Shown here: piece after piece, positions 48,901 to 61,201 of the stretch
Layout of the letters: every line of letters starts with the position of its first letter
How positions within the stretch are numbered: the first letter of the stretch is position 1
NCBI GenBank assembly: GCA_965235115.1
Contig: OZ249436.1
Coordinates: 13,456,001-13,520,000 of the forward strand
DNA length: 64,000 bases
Direction: 5' to 3'
Origin: Laetmonice hystrix
Taxonomy: Eukaryota
Program-made: the position numbers and the translations under genes
The notes under the pieces: generated by a model
Databases searched by the model: none
What the model was told of the DNA's origin: nothing
What the model saw: only the letters and a program-made list of their open reading frames with translations

Positions 48901-50921
48901 TGGTTCAGATCTGTTAATAGTAATTGCCAAACTTCAAAATCCTTGTCATTTTCTGTCATATTCTGAAAATTGTGTTTGTGGCTAATTTTAAAGACGGGCT
49001 TCAAGGTTTTCCAAGACATTATTTTTGATACAGTTTTCAGCCAAATTGAGGTTAATAAAGTATAATAACAGGCTTCGTTTGGGCTTGCCATGGCAATCTG
49101 GATACCCACTCTTCCATCATGGTCTCTTGCATTTACTGGTAGGCTAGAGGGGATGTTGCAAAGATTAGATAGTCAAGTGAAAGAAGATTGCATTTGCATG
49201 CCGATGCTCTTCCTGCTATAGTCATTGGAAATACAGGAGTTGTCCTATTATCGGTATATCATCTCATTGATTGTTTGAAGGGATTTTTCTGAATGGTTGA
49301 CCACAGGAGAAAACTTTGTGTACATGTATCACATTCAAAGAATTGGGCTAATTAAGATATACGGGAGATATATTTAAAAGGTAAGAAAATGAAATTCAAT
49401 GGTAGACATTAGGTTAAAAGAACTTCGGTTTATATTTTGTATCTGAATACCAAAATTTACACATGTATGGAACCTCTTTATTTAGCAGACAGCAGTAAGC
49501 AGAGAAGGTCAAAATCGAGAGGACTATGATGCCCGCCTTGAGAAGGAAAAAGAAGAAAGAGAAAAGCAAAGAGAATTAGAGAGGGACGAACGCCGGAAAC
49601 GTCTTGATGAAGAGAAAGAGCGGGAGAGAGAAAAAGAAGAAAAACGGCGTCGCAGTCGCAGTGGAAGTCGTTCCCGGAGGAGGAGGTCAAGATCAGACAG
49701 TAGAGGTCGGCATAGTCATAAAAACCGAGACCGAGAGCGGGATCGTGAAAGAGATAGAGAAAGAGAAAGAGACAGAGATCGTAGAGGCAGAAGCCGTGAT
49801 AAGTAAGTCATAGCCTACGATCAGAACAGTCGATAAATTTATGATTTAAAAAACTTAAACATGAATACAATGGCTTCACCATTATGCTAATCACATATAA
49901 CGTCAAAATATTTGTTAGATTAGTAAAGAGTGGTATACCAGAATGGTCATTCCTAATAATCTTTGTTTTCTGTTTCCTCTTGCAATGTAAAAAAAATAGG
50001 GAAAAAATGCATAATTATTGGATCTTTTTAAAGGTTAATTGCTGAATTATAAAGTCAGGACATGACCTAAACTGTTATTCTAAGAAAGCTTGTGCCGTCT
50101 ATCGTCTGTAAAATTTTGTTGCTTCATACACAGGAAGAAAAGATCCCGCAGCAGAGAGCGCAGTAGAGACCGTAGCCGTGAACGTAGGAGACGGTCACGC
50201 AGTCATCATCGCTCTCGTAGCAAGGGAAGTAGTCACCGCTCAAGCAGAGATCCTGATAGGGACAGAGAAAGAGAGCGGGATCGTGACAGGAGGCGATCGC
50301 ACAGTCGAAGCCGCAGAAGCCGATCAAGAAGCCGTGATAGGAAAGACAGGGACAAAAAATCACGCAGTTCACGTGAAAAAGATAGGGACAGGCGACATTC
50401 AGGTGATTATATTTCCTGTCACTTTTACTCGTCATTTTTCTTCTAGTGTTAGGCATGGTTGAGGAACAGTCATTAAGTGAACAAGTACTGAAGTAGTCTC
50501 ATGTTAAACCGTACGTATCGGAATGAAGACAATCCACATTTATAATTACATGGTGAAGGAGGAGGAACTGCATGGCATTTTGCTGTAATTGAAGGGATAT
50601 CTTGAACATTGATAATATATTTTTAGTCGATTTTGATGTTGTCTGAGACAAAAGGGGTCTAACCAAATATTTTGTCAATTTGTTTCTGATGCAGAACGGC
50701 GAAGTGAAGATAAGGATCTTCATGAGAATGGACATGACAAGGATGAGCGTGAAACCAAAACAGATGAAAGCAGAGAAAAAGGCAGCATGGACACAGATCC
50801 ATATGAGAGTAAATCCCTCAGCGATTCCCACTCAGACACAGTAGTAAGACCACCTGAGCCACCTATTGAATCAGACATGACTAGACAGCATGAGGCCGAT
50901 ATACAAGGTGACTCAAACTGA
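39917..50921 (+). CDS. LUC7L3: Luc7-like protein 3 (CROP), U1 snRNP-associated splicing factor
   Basis: Exons 39917-40021, 43314-43380, 43648-43687, 43908-44046, 44496-44573, 44736-44831, 44993-45166, (probable 47791-47856), 49486-49802, 50134-50402, 50695-50921. N-terminus AAQLLDELMGRDRNLAP..VRWD..CKYFLCGFCPHELFVNTRADLGPCDKIHD matches the LUC7L3 subfamily; second zinc finger MEVCDVCGALL..HIMGKQHMGY; RE/RS-rich C-terminus. Confidence 0.95.
41569..41827. mobile_element. CAG-ended MITE
   Basis: TIR CAGG(T/G)GCGGATCCAGGA; 5-bp TSD AAAGC. Confidence 0.8.
42066..42212. mobile_element. TTAA-flanked MITE (Kolobok/piggyBac-like)
   Basis: TTAAAGTGACAGTCTCG ... CGAGACTGTCGCTTTTAA. Confidence 0.6.
42317..42743. 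mobile_element. CAG-ended MITE
   Basis: TIR CAGGGCTTCAGATAA; 6-bp TSD CTGCAG. Confidence 0.85.
46123..47194. mobile_element. TTAA-flanked non-autonomous element (Kolobok-like), copy 1, with nested MITE 46617-46907
   Basis: Homologous to 57608-58461; imperfect TIR AAGAAACGTCCAC / TGGACTTCTCCT. The nested element CAGGGTTCG...CGAACCATG has CCTGGAAA subrepeats and TSD TGCTG. Confidence 0.8.
47418..47589. mobile_element. CAG-ended MITE
   Basis: TIR CAGGGTTTCCTG(G/C)AGG; 5-bp TSD CTTTG. Confidence 0.85.
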
Positions 50922-53900
50922 TACTACTGTGACTGTTGTGTCCAGTGGTGAGAGGTAAGTGCGACTCTGATTGTTCCTTATCACTGCCATTGCCAGACTG
51001 ACTTACCAACTCTTCATTTCAGTAACCCCAAGGTGAGTGATAACACAGTGATGCACTGTAAGGTTGTGGGCAGAACAACCATCATGGGGAACAGGTGGAA
51101 ACAAAAACTTAAAACTCTCCAGAGGAAAAGAATCAGGATCTATCTAATGATGTCTCACAGAAGCAAACGTACAAGTTATTGCTTCTATCCATAGGTTCTA
51201 TCCAGGTCTAACCCTCGGCCTTAACAGAAGCATTTCATTACTGCTTCCATTAATTTCAATCCCAGTTTACTGATGTCACATAGGTAGGGACATCACTCTC
51301 TACAGTATACAGCCTTTGCTAACAACATTGACTGAAAGGGTATTCCAGTCAAGAAGTTCACCTTCCTGTTTAAGTTGTGTACATCTCCATGTGAAAATTT
51401 ATTTAGTGTAAACGAGTTTTAGGATCTTGTCGCTGCAAAAAGTCTCTTGACGAAGATGGAGCATATTCAGCCGTCAAATATTGATAGACTGCATTATTAC
51501 TTATTGCAGATAGCTCAAATTTGAAGCGTCTAAGAGACAACCTATTTTGAAAAATTAATATTTAAACAACATTTATGATAAAAAAAATGTATACCCCTGG
51601 TACCCACTGCAGTTTTTTTATTTTTTTTAGCCACTAATCATTTACAATATTTAGGCAGAAATGTGAATAATACATCATATCTGTGGTCACAGATAAAATG
51701 TACAAGTTTCTCAAAAAGATTTAGAAATTTTCTAAAATAGATGAGTTTGATTTTAAAAGTTAAATCTGGATGCAGTGTATGATGGAATGGTTCAATAAGA
51801 TAACAAATTGTTCTTGCATTATAATTTTCGGATGGCTTGTCTGCAGTTTGAGGTCATAATTTCATGACCTGAAAGAGATACCCTAGTAATTAAGTATATT
51901 CCTGTGTTTATTGGGTTATAAACTCTTGAGGTAAAACTGACTGATATTTTAGGGCTTCAGTATTTTTATGCTCTTTTTTCAGTTATTAGGGTTTGTCTAT
52001 TGAAAGATAGCAGTGTAAAAACATCACGTTTTATTGAAATTTTATTCCTAAAAATTTTATTGAAATATATTTTCATTATGTTTTTAAGCATGTGATGTTA
52101 AAAAAGTCATGGAATTTTTGTACTTGTTTCTTTAAAATTCATGTTCATAAATTGTACACAATTGCCCAGTTTCTCCTAGCTCTTTCACAAATTTATCAAA
52201 ACATTGAGGAGTGTCGCATAGAAAGTAAATTATGGCTTACACTGGAAAACACGTTTGTCACCAAACTCTTGTTTATATAAGGAAACAGCCTAGGAGCAGC
52301 TGTGTAGATGTGTTTTGGTTGTGACTGTAATTTATTACTGCAGTGGGTGATTTGCTCTACTGCTGATCACCCTGATTAAACAAACCTTGAGCTTCAGCGG
52401 TCAATCACTCAGCATCCCTGAGATCATGTTGAGACTGTGACAAGAAGCTATAGGTGTAGGCATCAACGTCGGCCGTGCTCTGACAGGCCCTGACCATGAT
52501 ACACCATTGTCTAGCGGACTTACTGCCTTAGCCAGGTAACTTGTGCCCTCTAAACACCAGGTCTCCCAGCTCTGTGTCAGCATGTCTTTTGACATTTGGG
52601 GTGACAAAACATCAGGGTTTGCGGCATCTGCTTTTGGACGAGAGCGCAACATTTAAATGGCCTGATAAAAATAAGCATGTCGGTTCAACCCGTGTCTCGT
52701 CTGGGAGGACTTAGATAAAGCTGACACAACAGTTCATTATTAAAGTCATAAACCATTATTCCATAATAGGGTTTTAATGCCAGGTATTATCAGATAGAAA
52801 CGGTAAACCTTCTAAAGCTATTTTATCATGTTTATAGGAGGACAGCATCCTGTCATTTCCTAACATTATTCTGGCAAAGATATAAGGTAATTAAAGTAAA
52901 TAACAATTTCTCCTGAAATATAATTATATGGAATTATTAACATTTAGTAATCAGTCATGAGGGGTAGTACTAATTGTCATTGATACCCCGTAATGGTAAT
53001 TGTTCAGAATCGACTTTGCCCTTTTTAGATATCGTTTCTTTGTAACATTGCTTTCTTGTTTTATTGTGCCAGCGAAGAGTTTCAAAGGTCATTATCAGAG
53101 GCATTGGTTGTTGTATGGAGAGTTTGCTGGTGAGACCTCTCGGAAGGCAAGTGGTGTTCAATCTGTTGATGCTATCTTACCGGTAATCTAAACTGTAAAC
53201 AGGACAAGGACCAACCAGTTCCCAGTACTACACTGCTGCCATTCATTTTAACAGTATTTAAGAGGAGACAGAATTTATCAGGGAACAAACGGGTGGAATG
53301 AATTGATGATCCTATATAATAGGAAGAGATTATATTTCTTTCTTTGATGCTTTCTGCTTTGAACCTTGAAGTTAGTCAGTATATAAAATGCAATGAGTGG
53401 GCACGTTGTGGCTGGTCTGTGTTCGGTTGGGATACTGTCTGTTGGGGATTTATTTCCGCGTGATTTGACTCCAGACAATTATGGAAGCACCTCCTATTCA
53501 GAACAAGGCTACAAGTCCCTAGGTTAGTGTCAGTTCCGTCGTCTTGAGAGCTGAAATCAAGACTCATCATTGCAACCCCTGCACAAGGTACAACTGCTAT
53601 TGCATGAGTCAGAGGCCGTAGCCGTTTTCTAAGGTTAGTGCTGATTGGTCTCTAGTGGTGCACGAGACATGGAGTAGCAACAAGTCACCAGTATCTTATC
53701 TGCACCATCTTCGCCTGAAGGAAGAAAGAAGACCATAAGGTGCCCCCTTTTCCTTTTGCTTTCCAGCTGTTATTTTATGGCCTTCCCCTCCTTGTCAACC
53801 ATCTTGGATAATTTCTAAAGCAAAACCGTGCCATTCTGGTGAATTTTGCAGGGTTTGAAGCTGGAGTTAAGTTGGACTGGATAGAAGATCAAGTCATCCA

Positions 53901-56431
53901 TGAAGAAAGCATCATATTCAAGAGGACAAGACCCATAAGGTGACCTTAATGTCATAAAACAAGCGTGTACCAACATGCCCATTTTCTATGGTACAAAATG
54001 AACTTTGGCATTTCCATTAATGCTTTTTAAAAATCGACAGATGTTTAGGGTAATTCCCGCAAAAATTGCGAGTAAATGATCATGGTGGGTGCACATGGTT
54101 ACCTTGTTGTGATTAATGTACATTTCACAGACAAGTTTTGTTTGAAAAAAAATGACTTCTTCATGTGCACATGTTTTGGTGTTCTTCACGCTTGACCAGA
54201 TGTAAATGCCAGTTAAAGTGGCATTATAGATAAGGATTAGTAGTCGCTTATGTTGTGTGGGCATCAGGTAGATGTATTGGGTAGATGAATTCAACTACAG
54301 GTAATGGGTTTGTGTCCAGATGCGGGCAATGGGAGGCTGGACCCATGTTGACTGTTTGCAGCTCTGTCTCAACTCTTTTTTCAAGTAGCAACGCCACCTG
54401 GTGACACAAAGTGCATCTCCTGCCTGAATCGGATCCTTGTTCAGAGGTAACTTGACTGTGTCTTTACAGGTGTTCCTGTAAAAACACAGAGATTGTAATA
54501 CAGATGTACATTTTAGGATTTCATCAAGGACTTATATATCATGTGTAATTGAATAGCCTAAAGTCGGTATCCATCCATGGCATCTTCCCTGGCATCAAAA
54601 GAGCGTCAGGTTCCAAACAGTTATTCTATGTAGCGCATGTGTTAGCAGCTCCACAGAAAGTGTAGATTTTTAATCACATAGAAAGCAGTGGACCATTTAC
54701 CGTCTTATTTTGTATTTCAATGTTGTATCAATTTTAATAAGTATACACGCCTTACTTTGGATGAATAATTGAATTTTGTAGTTCTGTGTTTGGTGAGACT
54801 GGTTATCCAATATATTTGCTTCCAGTGCGTGCCTAATTACATAAATAACATTTGAAGATCTTTCAAGGTTGGTCTATGATTTGTGCATATGTTTAGATAT
54901 TGTTATCCACCGATTCAGAGAGATTTTTAGGACTTCAGTTTTAGTGATGACCCAGACTATATGTGTAGGTATTGTTTGACGCACAGTGCCCATGTAATTG
55001 CTAGATCAATTCGGCTTTTTGTGGGAGATCAGAACCACAGCGTACATAAGTGTGCGGCGTAAAAAATATATATAATCCAGAACTAGTGTTGAATCCTGGT
55101 GACTGAGCCCCTTCGCAATTCACCAATTATCTGTTGCATGGGATGCGAAGGTGATCCTAGAAGTTGCAAACTACCTGTATATACGACCGAGTGTGTTTAG
55201 ACCCCGTGAACATTGTAGGGAGCCAGGGCACGTTACTGTCGAAGTTCTGTCATTGCATAAAGCAAAACTCGGGTTGGGAGCTTAAAACGTTGAAGATTTT
55301 GGATGCGTTTCAATTACTTTAAAACCATGTGCAGATAGCTGTCTGAAGTAATGGTCATTTTAAATGTTGATGTTGTAACAGCTCTGTCATGTTATTGTGA
55401 CGATTAATTTCATGAGTTTTGGTCAGTGCTCGAGTTTTTAGGCCTTATTTATATAAGATGAAGGATATTTATAAACTGTTGATCGGCCCTAGAATCAGTG
55501 ACCTTCCCGTGGAAACCAGTGGTTTCACTCTAACAGAGTAAGAAGTCCTCATAGTATCCAACAATTCGTACCTAGAGTGGTGTTGTCCGGGCAAGTGGCT
55601 TCATAAATCAGTGAAGCCACGACCCTATATCACCCAGCTGTTAAAAGGAGATTTAAGGGATTTAACTTGTAAAGTGTTAAACGTTATAAATTACTCCGGA
55701 TGCATTTAGGATAGAGTATAACGCAGATAATACAAAGTTCATCGGGGGGATTATGAAATTTAGTCGGTGGACATACTGAATTTATTGCAAGAAGATAAAT
55801 ATAAAAAAAATTAAGCACAAAAGCAATGACGGAGGCAAAAACATTGTAGTTAGTAGTTAAATCAACCCCCATAATAGACGACGTCTTTGTACTCCAATCT
55901 GACATTTAACATAATATTTGACATCATAAGGATTAGGGGAAAACGAAGAAAAGCGAATGGACAACATATGCCAGAGACCAAGGACAATGTAACAGAAGGG
56001 AGCATCGCACCAATGACGTAGTCTACATCCAAAGTATCTCCTTTTGATTTTCATTGGGAATAAAAAGTGTTCACATGTAAACGTATCCATTGTTCATTGA
56101 TTGTACACATACCGACACATCACTCTCCTTTATCTTTATCTGGGCCGTCCATTTATTTCGTACTCAGAAAGTTGCCAGTGTTGTGCCCCCGAGATGTCCA
56201 CGTTTCACTGCATCAGGAACTATCAACCATTAGCGTACGATATACTGTCCAGGATTTTAGTGGCGGGGGTGGGGGTGGGGGGTGGGGGGTTGTTAGCTTG
56301 GTCAATCCCGAAAGTTCTATGGAAAAAAAAGATTGGCTATACGGGGGGGGGGGGGGCCTTGGATCCGACATTGATACATACCAGTTTAAATTTACGTTAT
56401 ATTCATGTAATCATGTATTATCAAAGTTTCC

Positions 56432-57355
56432 TCAGGTTCCTTTGATAGGTGGATTATGTGTTGCTGAAGGAACGGTATTTGTATTGGACTGTGCGTGAGA
56501 GACATCGCCCCATCTTTCAAGAAGATCGGTAAAATCGGGCGTCATAGGTGACGATGGGCGGGAGTTCGACTGGTGCCGCCCGTCGAGCCGTTTGGGCCGA
56601 TCTCTGGCTCCTCCTCCCGGATTACAGCAGTAGATATTGACAGGTTCCTTCCAGAACGACGACGGTAACCTGCGTTCAGACATCGGCGTAGCGTCAGTGT
56701 TCATGGAGGAGTCGCGGCTCTGAAGCCTTTTCAACTTTTTACTGCCGTGCGTCTTTTTAGCGTCTGTTTTCAGACCAAATTCAAAAAGTTCCTCCAACGG
56801 ACCGAGGCCGAGGCCCTTGTCCATCTTACCCGTGGGTGCCTGGGACGTCGGGGTTTTAGTGGAGGGAGTCTCACAGTCCGCCCTACCAGGGGACTTTGGG
56901 TCGTCTGTGTCTATTCCTTGTGCAATTTTTAGGAGATCGGCGTAATACAGTTCTCGACCCGATTTCCCAGAGGTCCACTTGTCCTCGTAGACATCACAGG
57001 CGTCCTCGTCTTTGTTGTGACCGAAAAACCTTTGTATGTCGTGATTGATTATCTCTGCGAATCGCAAAAGTTGGTCAGTCACGTCGTTCGGGGGTGCCTG
57101 ATCCTGGGCAAGGTCGTACTCTTCATCAGAAAATACCTCGTCTACTTCCTCGTCAAACTCGCTGTCAAAGTCCGGCTCGGTGTAAGCGCTGGGCCGACCC
57201 CCAGGGATCAGCAACCCTTCCTGGTTACAGCCCAGAGCACCGGCCGACATAGAGGGTTGCAGTTCTTTTGTCATGGTAGACGGTCCAAGATGCCCTTCGG
57301 TCCCTGAATACCTGGCAGTGGAGGACGTCTGTACGTGCGTACTCGTACCATACAT
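56432..57355 (-). CDS. PERCC1: PERCC1-like protein, single coding exon
   Basis: 307-codon ORF from ATG 57355, with an in-frame TAG upstream and a candidate 5'UTR acceptor near 57453. Acidic tract, then DVTDQLLRFAEIINHDIQRFFG, DACDVYED, RELYYADLLKIA, GLGPLEELFEFGL, RRLPSSFWKEP, PDFTDLLERW, which are the conserved blocks of vertebrate PERCC1 as I recall them. Confidence 0.85.
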   Translation of the reverse strand: MYGTSTHVQTSSTARYSGTEGHLGPSTMTKELQPSMSAGALGCNQEGLLIPGGRPSAYTEPDFDSEFDEEVDEVFSDEEYDLAQDQAPPNDVTDQLLRFAEIINHDIQRFFGHNKDEDACDVYEDKWTSGKSGRELYYADLLKIAQGIDTDDPKSPGRADCETPSTKTPTSQAPTGKMDKGLGLGPLEELFEFGLKTDAKKTHGSKKLKRLQSRDSSMNTDATPMSERRLPSSFWKEPVNIYCCNPGGGARDRPKRLDGRHQSNSRPSSPMTPDFTDLLERWGDVSHAQSNTNTVPSATHNPPIKGT

Positions 57356-57607
57356 CACGGAGGGCGCTTCAGTATAATAGTAGGCCTACTCTTGCCCACC
57401 GTCGCTATTCCGGATGTGGAGAGCCAATATTCGCAAAACGCCTTTATTGGTTCTGTGAACAAAGAATATTTGAAATGATTAAGCCTAACCCATTAATTAA
57501 AAAAAGAGGATGGAATTATCCCGAAACTATAGGGTCCCGTATTCCTACAAGGGATATTCCCTCCTGACAACTTCCCCAAAACATTATTGGGCAGGGGTTC
57601 GGGTTAA

Positions 57608-58461
57608 AAGAAACGTCCACCGCCAGTGTGTACAGGCCAGGCACAAATGCCGTGATATTCTAAGCAATTTAAAAATATTTGAACACAATTGGTGCTCAAA
57701 TAGTTAAAGATATAAGCACTTTAGTGCCGGAGCCTGCTTAGAGCCTGCTCCGCTGGTGTTGGCGTCCATCGCGTCTGCTCCTTGGGCTAATCTCAACCTG
57801 CGCATGCTCGACTACTGCTCTCCAGTTTGGGAGGAACGAAAACACCTGTTGCGTTGAGCGATTCGAAAGGTAGCGAACATTGAAAGCTTATAAGCAAAAT
57901 TTTTTAGAACATATACGAAAACCATCGATCATAGTGATGAGGAATGGCTAGGAATTAAGCCTACCGATGTCAGGGGATATATCAGGGTGGACACGGATCT
58001 GAGCAGCCGTGGGTTTCGGCCGCCTGCATTCAATTCGTCCCGCTCGGAGGTGTTATGTTGACGGAGCTCAGCGCCACTTGGGCTGGGCCCCACTCTGACT
58101 ACGACCGCGGGTAGTGGCAGTGTCAGCACCACAGGAGTCAGACTCCTGTGATCAGCACAGACCTGTTGCGTTTAGTTGTGACTGTGACTGTGGGTCTGAC
58201 CCCCGTCGATTTGCCCACCTGCCTCGGCTGCCTTTACTTTAGTCTAGCCTAGCCTAGCCCCGGCATGCAATAGGTGGGCACAAGAACGTCACTTACTTCC
58301 GGCCAAATGGCTGCGCCGTTGAAGCCAGTGATTTTGACACGGTTGTCATGTTCAACATATGACTTCTTGGAATGGGGGGACATTTATTTCCAACCACTAC
58401 TCTGAAAGGAGAGTATAGGCCTTGCAGCTGTCCAAATGTGATTTTTGAGTGGACTTCTCCT
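57608..58461. mobile_element. TTAA-flanked non-autonomous element (Kolobok-like), copy 2
   Basis: Same orientation and long homology with 46123-47194; TTAA at both ends. Confidence 0.8.
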
Positions 58462-59030
58462 TTAAGGGCACGGATAGGGGTAGGGATAGGCCTATGTTTC
58501 TGGGAGCTGTTTATGGATCGGGGTTAGGGGTTAAGATGGATATGGATCTTACTTTCTACCAAATTACGTGGGGTTAAGTTATCACGGGCGATGTAGGCCT
58601 ACAATGGTCATGTAGGCATATACAGGGACTTGCTATATTCCAAAAAGTGTGTGTGTGTGTGTGGGGGGGGGGGCACATCTCAGGCGCGGAACCAGCACTG
58701 CACGAAAGGGGGCGTCGATCTTTGAGCGCCGAAGGCTTGCGGTGACTGGGTCTGGGGGCCCTCCCCAGAAAATTTTTCCATTTAGAAGCCCAAAAAACGC
58801 TATTTCTGGCATCTGAAAATAGAAATTGTGGAATTTCTTAAAGCATTTCGGTGAAGTTGAGGTCTGTAGCAGAATTTAAGCGATATTGGAAATTCTGGGT
58901 CTGAAAGTGTGCGTGTGTGTGTGGGGGGGGGGGGACAAGCATATCTTTGCCCCCCCCCCACCCTGACTGAGAGGGAGGGGGGGGGGGCACATCCGGTTCC
59001 TACGCCAGTGTATTATGTTCGGATGTTTTA

Positions 59031-59640
59031 AAGCCTAGATCCAATGCGACGGAGAAGCGGCGGTAATATCGCGTTATCGTGACGGTCGTACGTACGACTC
59101 GGCCGTCAGACGGCCGTCGGACAGACGCTGCTGTAGATCTGATACTGGAGAGTGACGGCTGCTTCGCGGCAGGTGACGTTGTTTGGCGTTCACCTGACGT
59201 CACAACCGCTGATATCAAATCATTTTAATATCGGCGGTGAGTTGGCGGTTGCTTGCGGCGAGTAGCAACAAGTCTGCATACCTGCATCGATCATCGGTGG
59301 CAGTAACTTGTTTCTTACTTTATATGATCTTTATGCTCAATACATCTTAAGAAAAATCATATTTTCTTTTTGAACAAAAGACCTAGGCCCCTGCTGTTAT
59401 TTCCACATCGTGCACTAAGTTCAAGCTGCACGCTGATTGGTCGTAATGCAAGATATTACTACCAAGCATACCGCCAGGTAGCCGTCAGTGAACGTTGATG
59501 GATCTGCTGAAAATGACGTGCGTGCAGCTGACCACAACGTGGCGTCTGTTCAGCGTCTATGTGACGGTAAAAACGCACGCCGTCGGCCGTCAACAACCGC
59601 CAGCAAACGCAACCGAAACGTTGCAGTGGATCTAGCCTTT
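59031..59640. mobile_element. TIR element (Harbinger-like)
   Basis: AAGCCTAGATCCAATGCGACG / CGTTGCAGTGGATCTAGCCTT. Confidence 0.7.
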
Positions 59641-60471
59641 TAGGCAGTCCGTTGGCTGGCCGGACGCCGGTCGCCTGCAGTGAACAGATGGTTTCTCCGG
59701 ATGGGGCGCTCTGCCCACTCCAATACCTACTTGAAAATATCGCTAATCGTCGCTGGACTATCACAACTGATGCACCTGAGCTTATTTCGTGAGAAAAATG
59801 GGGGTGCAAATAGAAGTTTAAAAAGGTTCATCTTTATAGGCTCCTTTTGGATTTATGCCGACAAATTAGTGAAAGGTATTTTGGCTAGACTACAGGAGAA
59901 AACTTGTTTTGGTAAAATCTTAATGCCACTTGTTTGTTCAAATATTTACTGAATTTACCTGCCCCCCCCCCCCCCCCCCCATTATGAGTAGGATGGACGG
60001 ATGGCACTAGCATGCACCTATAATCTAGGTCTAAAGCAACAAAGACAGGTGCTGCCGAGACCTAAGCCAAACTTTGACAGACTTGGTAATCTGTAAGCCG
60101 TTAACCTTAATAAACACAGTACAGTGGGTACCGCAAGCCGATTCCCCGTCCTAGTGTGTGGACTGAAGGAGTGTTCGACTCCGTTGGCTGAAGTCATGTG
60201 GACCTTTTCTATTGACCGCGGAAATCATATTGTGCAAATATTGACGGTTGGCGCACTAATGAGCACTGGGCACTCGAAGGCCGTCAGCCACGTACAGTGA
60301 CCACCAACACAGGCTTAGGCTATAGCCTATATATAGTCGCCCAGGATGTTGATGTCGGAGGACAGCAAAGATGGGTTTAGCTAAATACAAATGTATATTG
60401 AATCCGTGGAAGCGTTCCTCCTCCAACCGAAGTGTCGATACTATACTATACTGTACCTACTATACTTAAAT

Positions 60472-61201
60472 CAGGGCCGGATCCAGGATTTTTTCCCGGT
60501 GTAACGTTTTGAAATCCCCCCCTCCCGAATTCCCCCCCTGGAATTTGAAAACGTTTTCAAATTCCCTCGCAGGAATTTGAAATCGTTTTCAAATTCCCGG
60601 GGAGGAATTCGGGAGGGGGGAATTTCAAATCGTTTTCAGATTCATCCCCCCATTTTCAAATCCCCCCCCCCTAGGATTCTGAAAATGTTTTCATTTCCCC
60701 CCACGAGAACGTGAAAAACGTTAATACGCGTTCCTTTGGGAAAGGGTTAGGGTTAGGGTTTGGGTTAGGGTTAGGGTTAGGTTAGGGCGAAAATGAACGG
60801 TAAAATGAATGGAGAGAAACAACCTGGCAAAAGATATCTAGGCCTAGGACCTACCCCCTAGATGTGGTGAAGTAAGAAGGAGAAAAAGGATCGACATTTA
60901 AAATTAGTCATAAAATAATAAGGTAGGCCTATACGTTTTCAAGTCCCTGGGGGAGGGAAAGTTAAATCGCGGGAGGGAATTTGAAAACGTTTTCAAGTTC
61001 CCGGGGGGGGGGGGGGACTTGAATGTGGGGGGAACTTGAAATCGTTACACCGGGGGGGGGAGGGCACAGGTGGGTGGGTGGATGACTGGATCAGTTACCT
61101 GATATGGGCAAGGGTCACTCAGTATAGGGGGGGGGGAACCCTGCTTTTGAAAAAAATCGGGGGGGGGGGGGGGCTGTGCCTCCCCCCAAAATCCGCCACT
61201 G
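60472..61201. mobile_element. CAG-ended MITE with nested TIR element (60496-61053) bearing TTAGGG repeats
   Basis: Outer ends CAGGGCCGGATCC / ATCCGCCACTG with TSD TAAAT. Inner TIR CCGGTGTAACG; (TTAGGG)~7 at 60743-60787. Confidence 0.7.
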
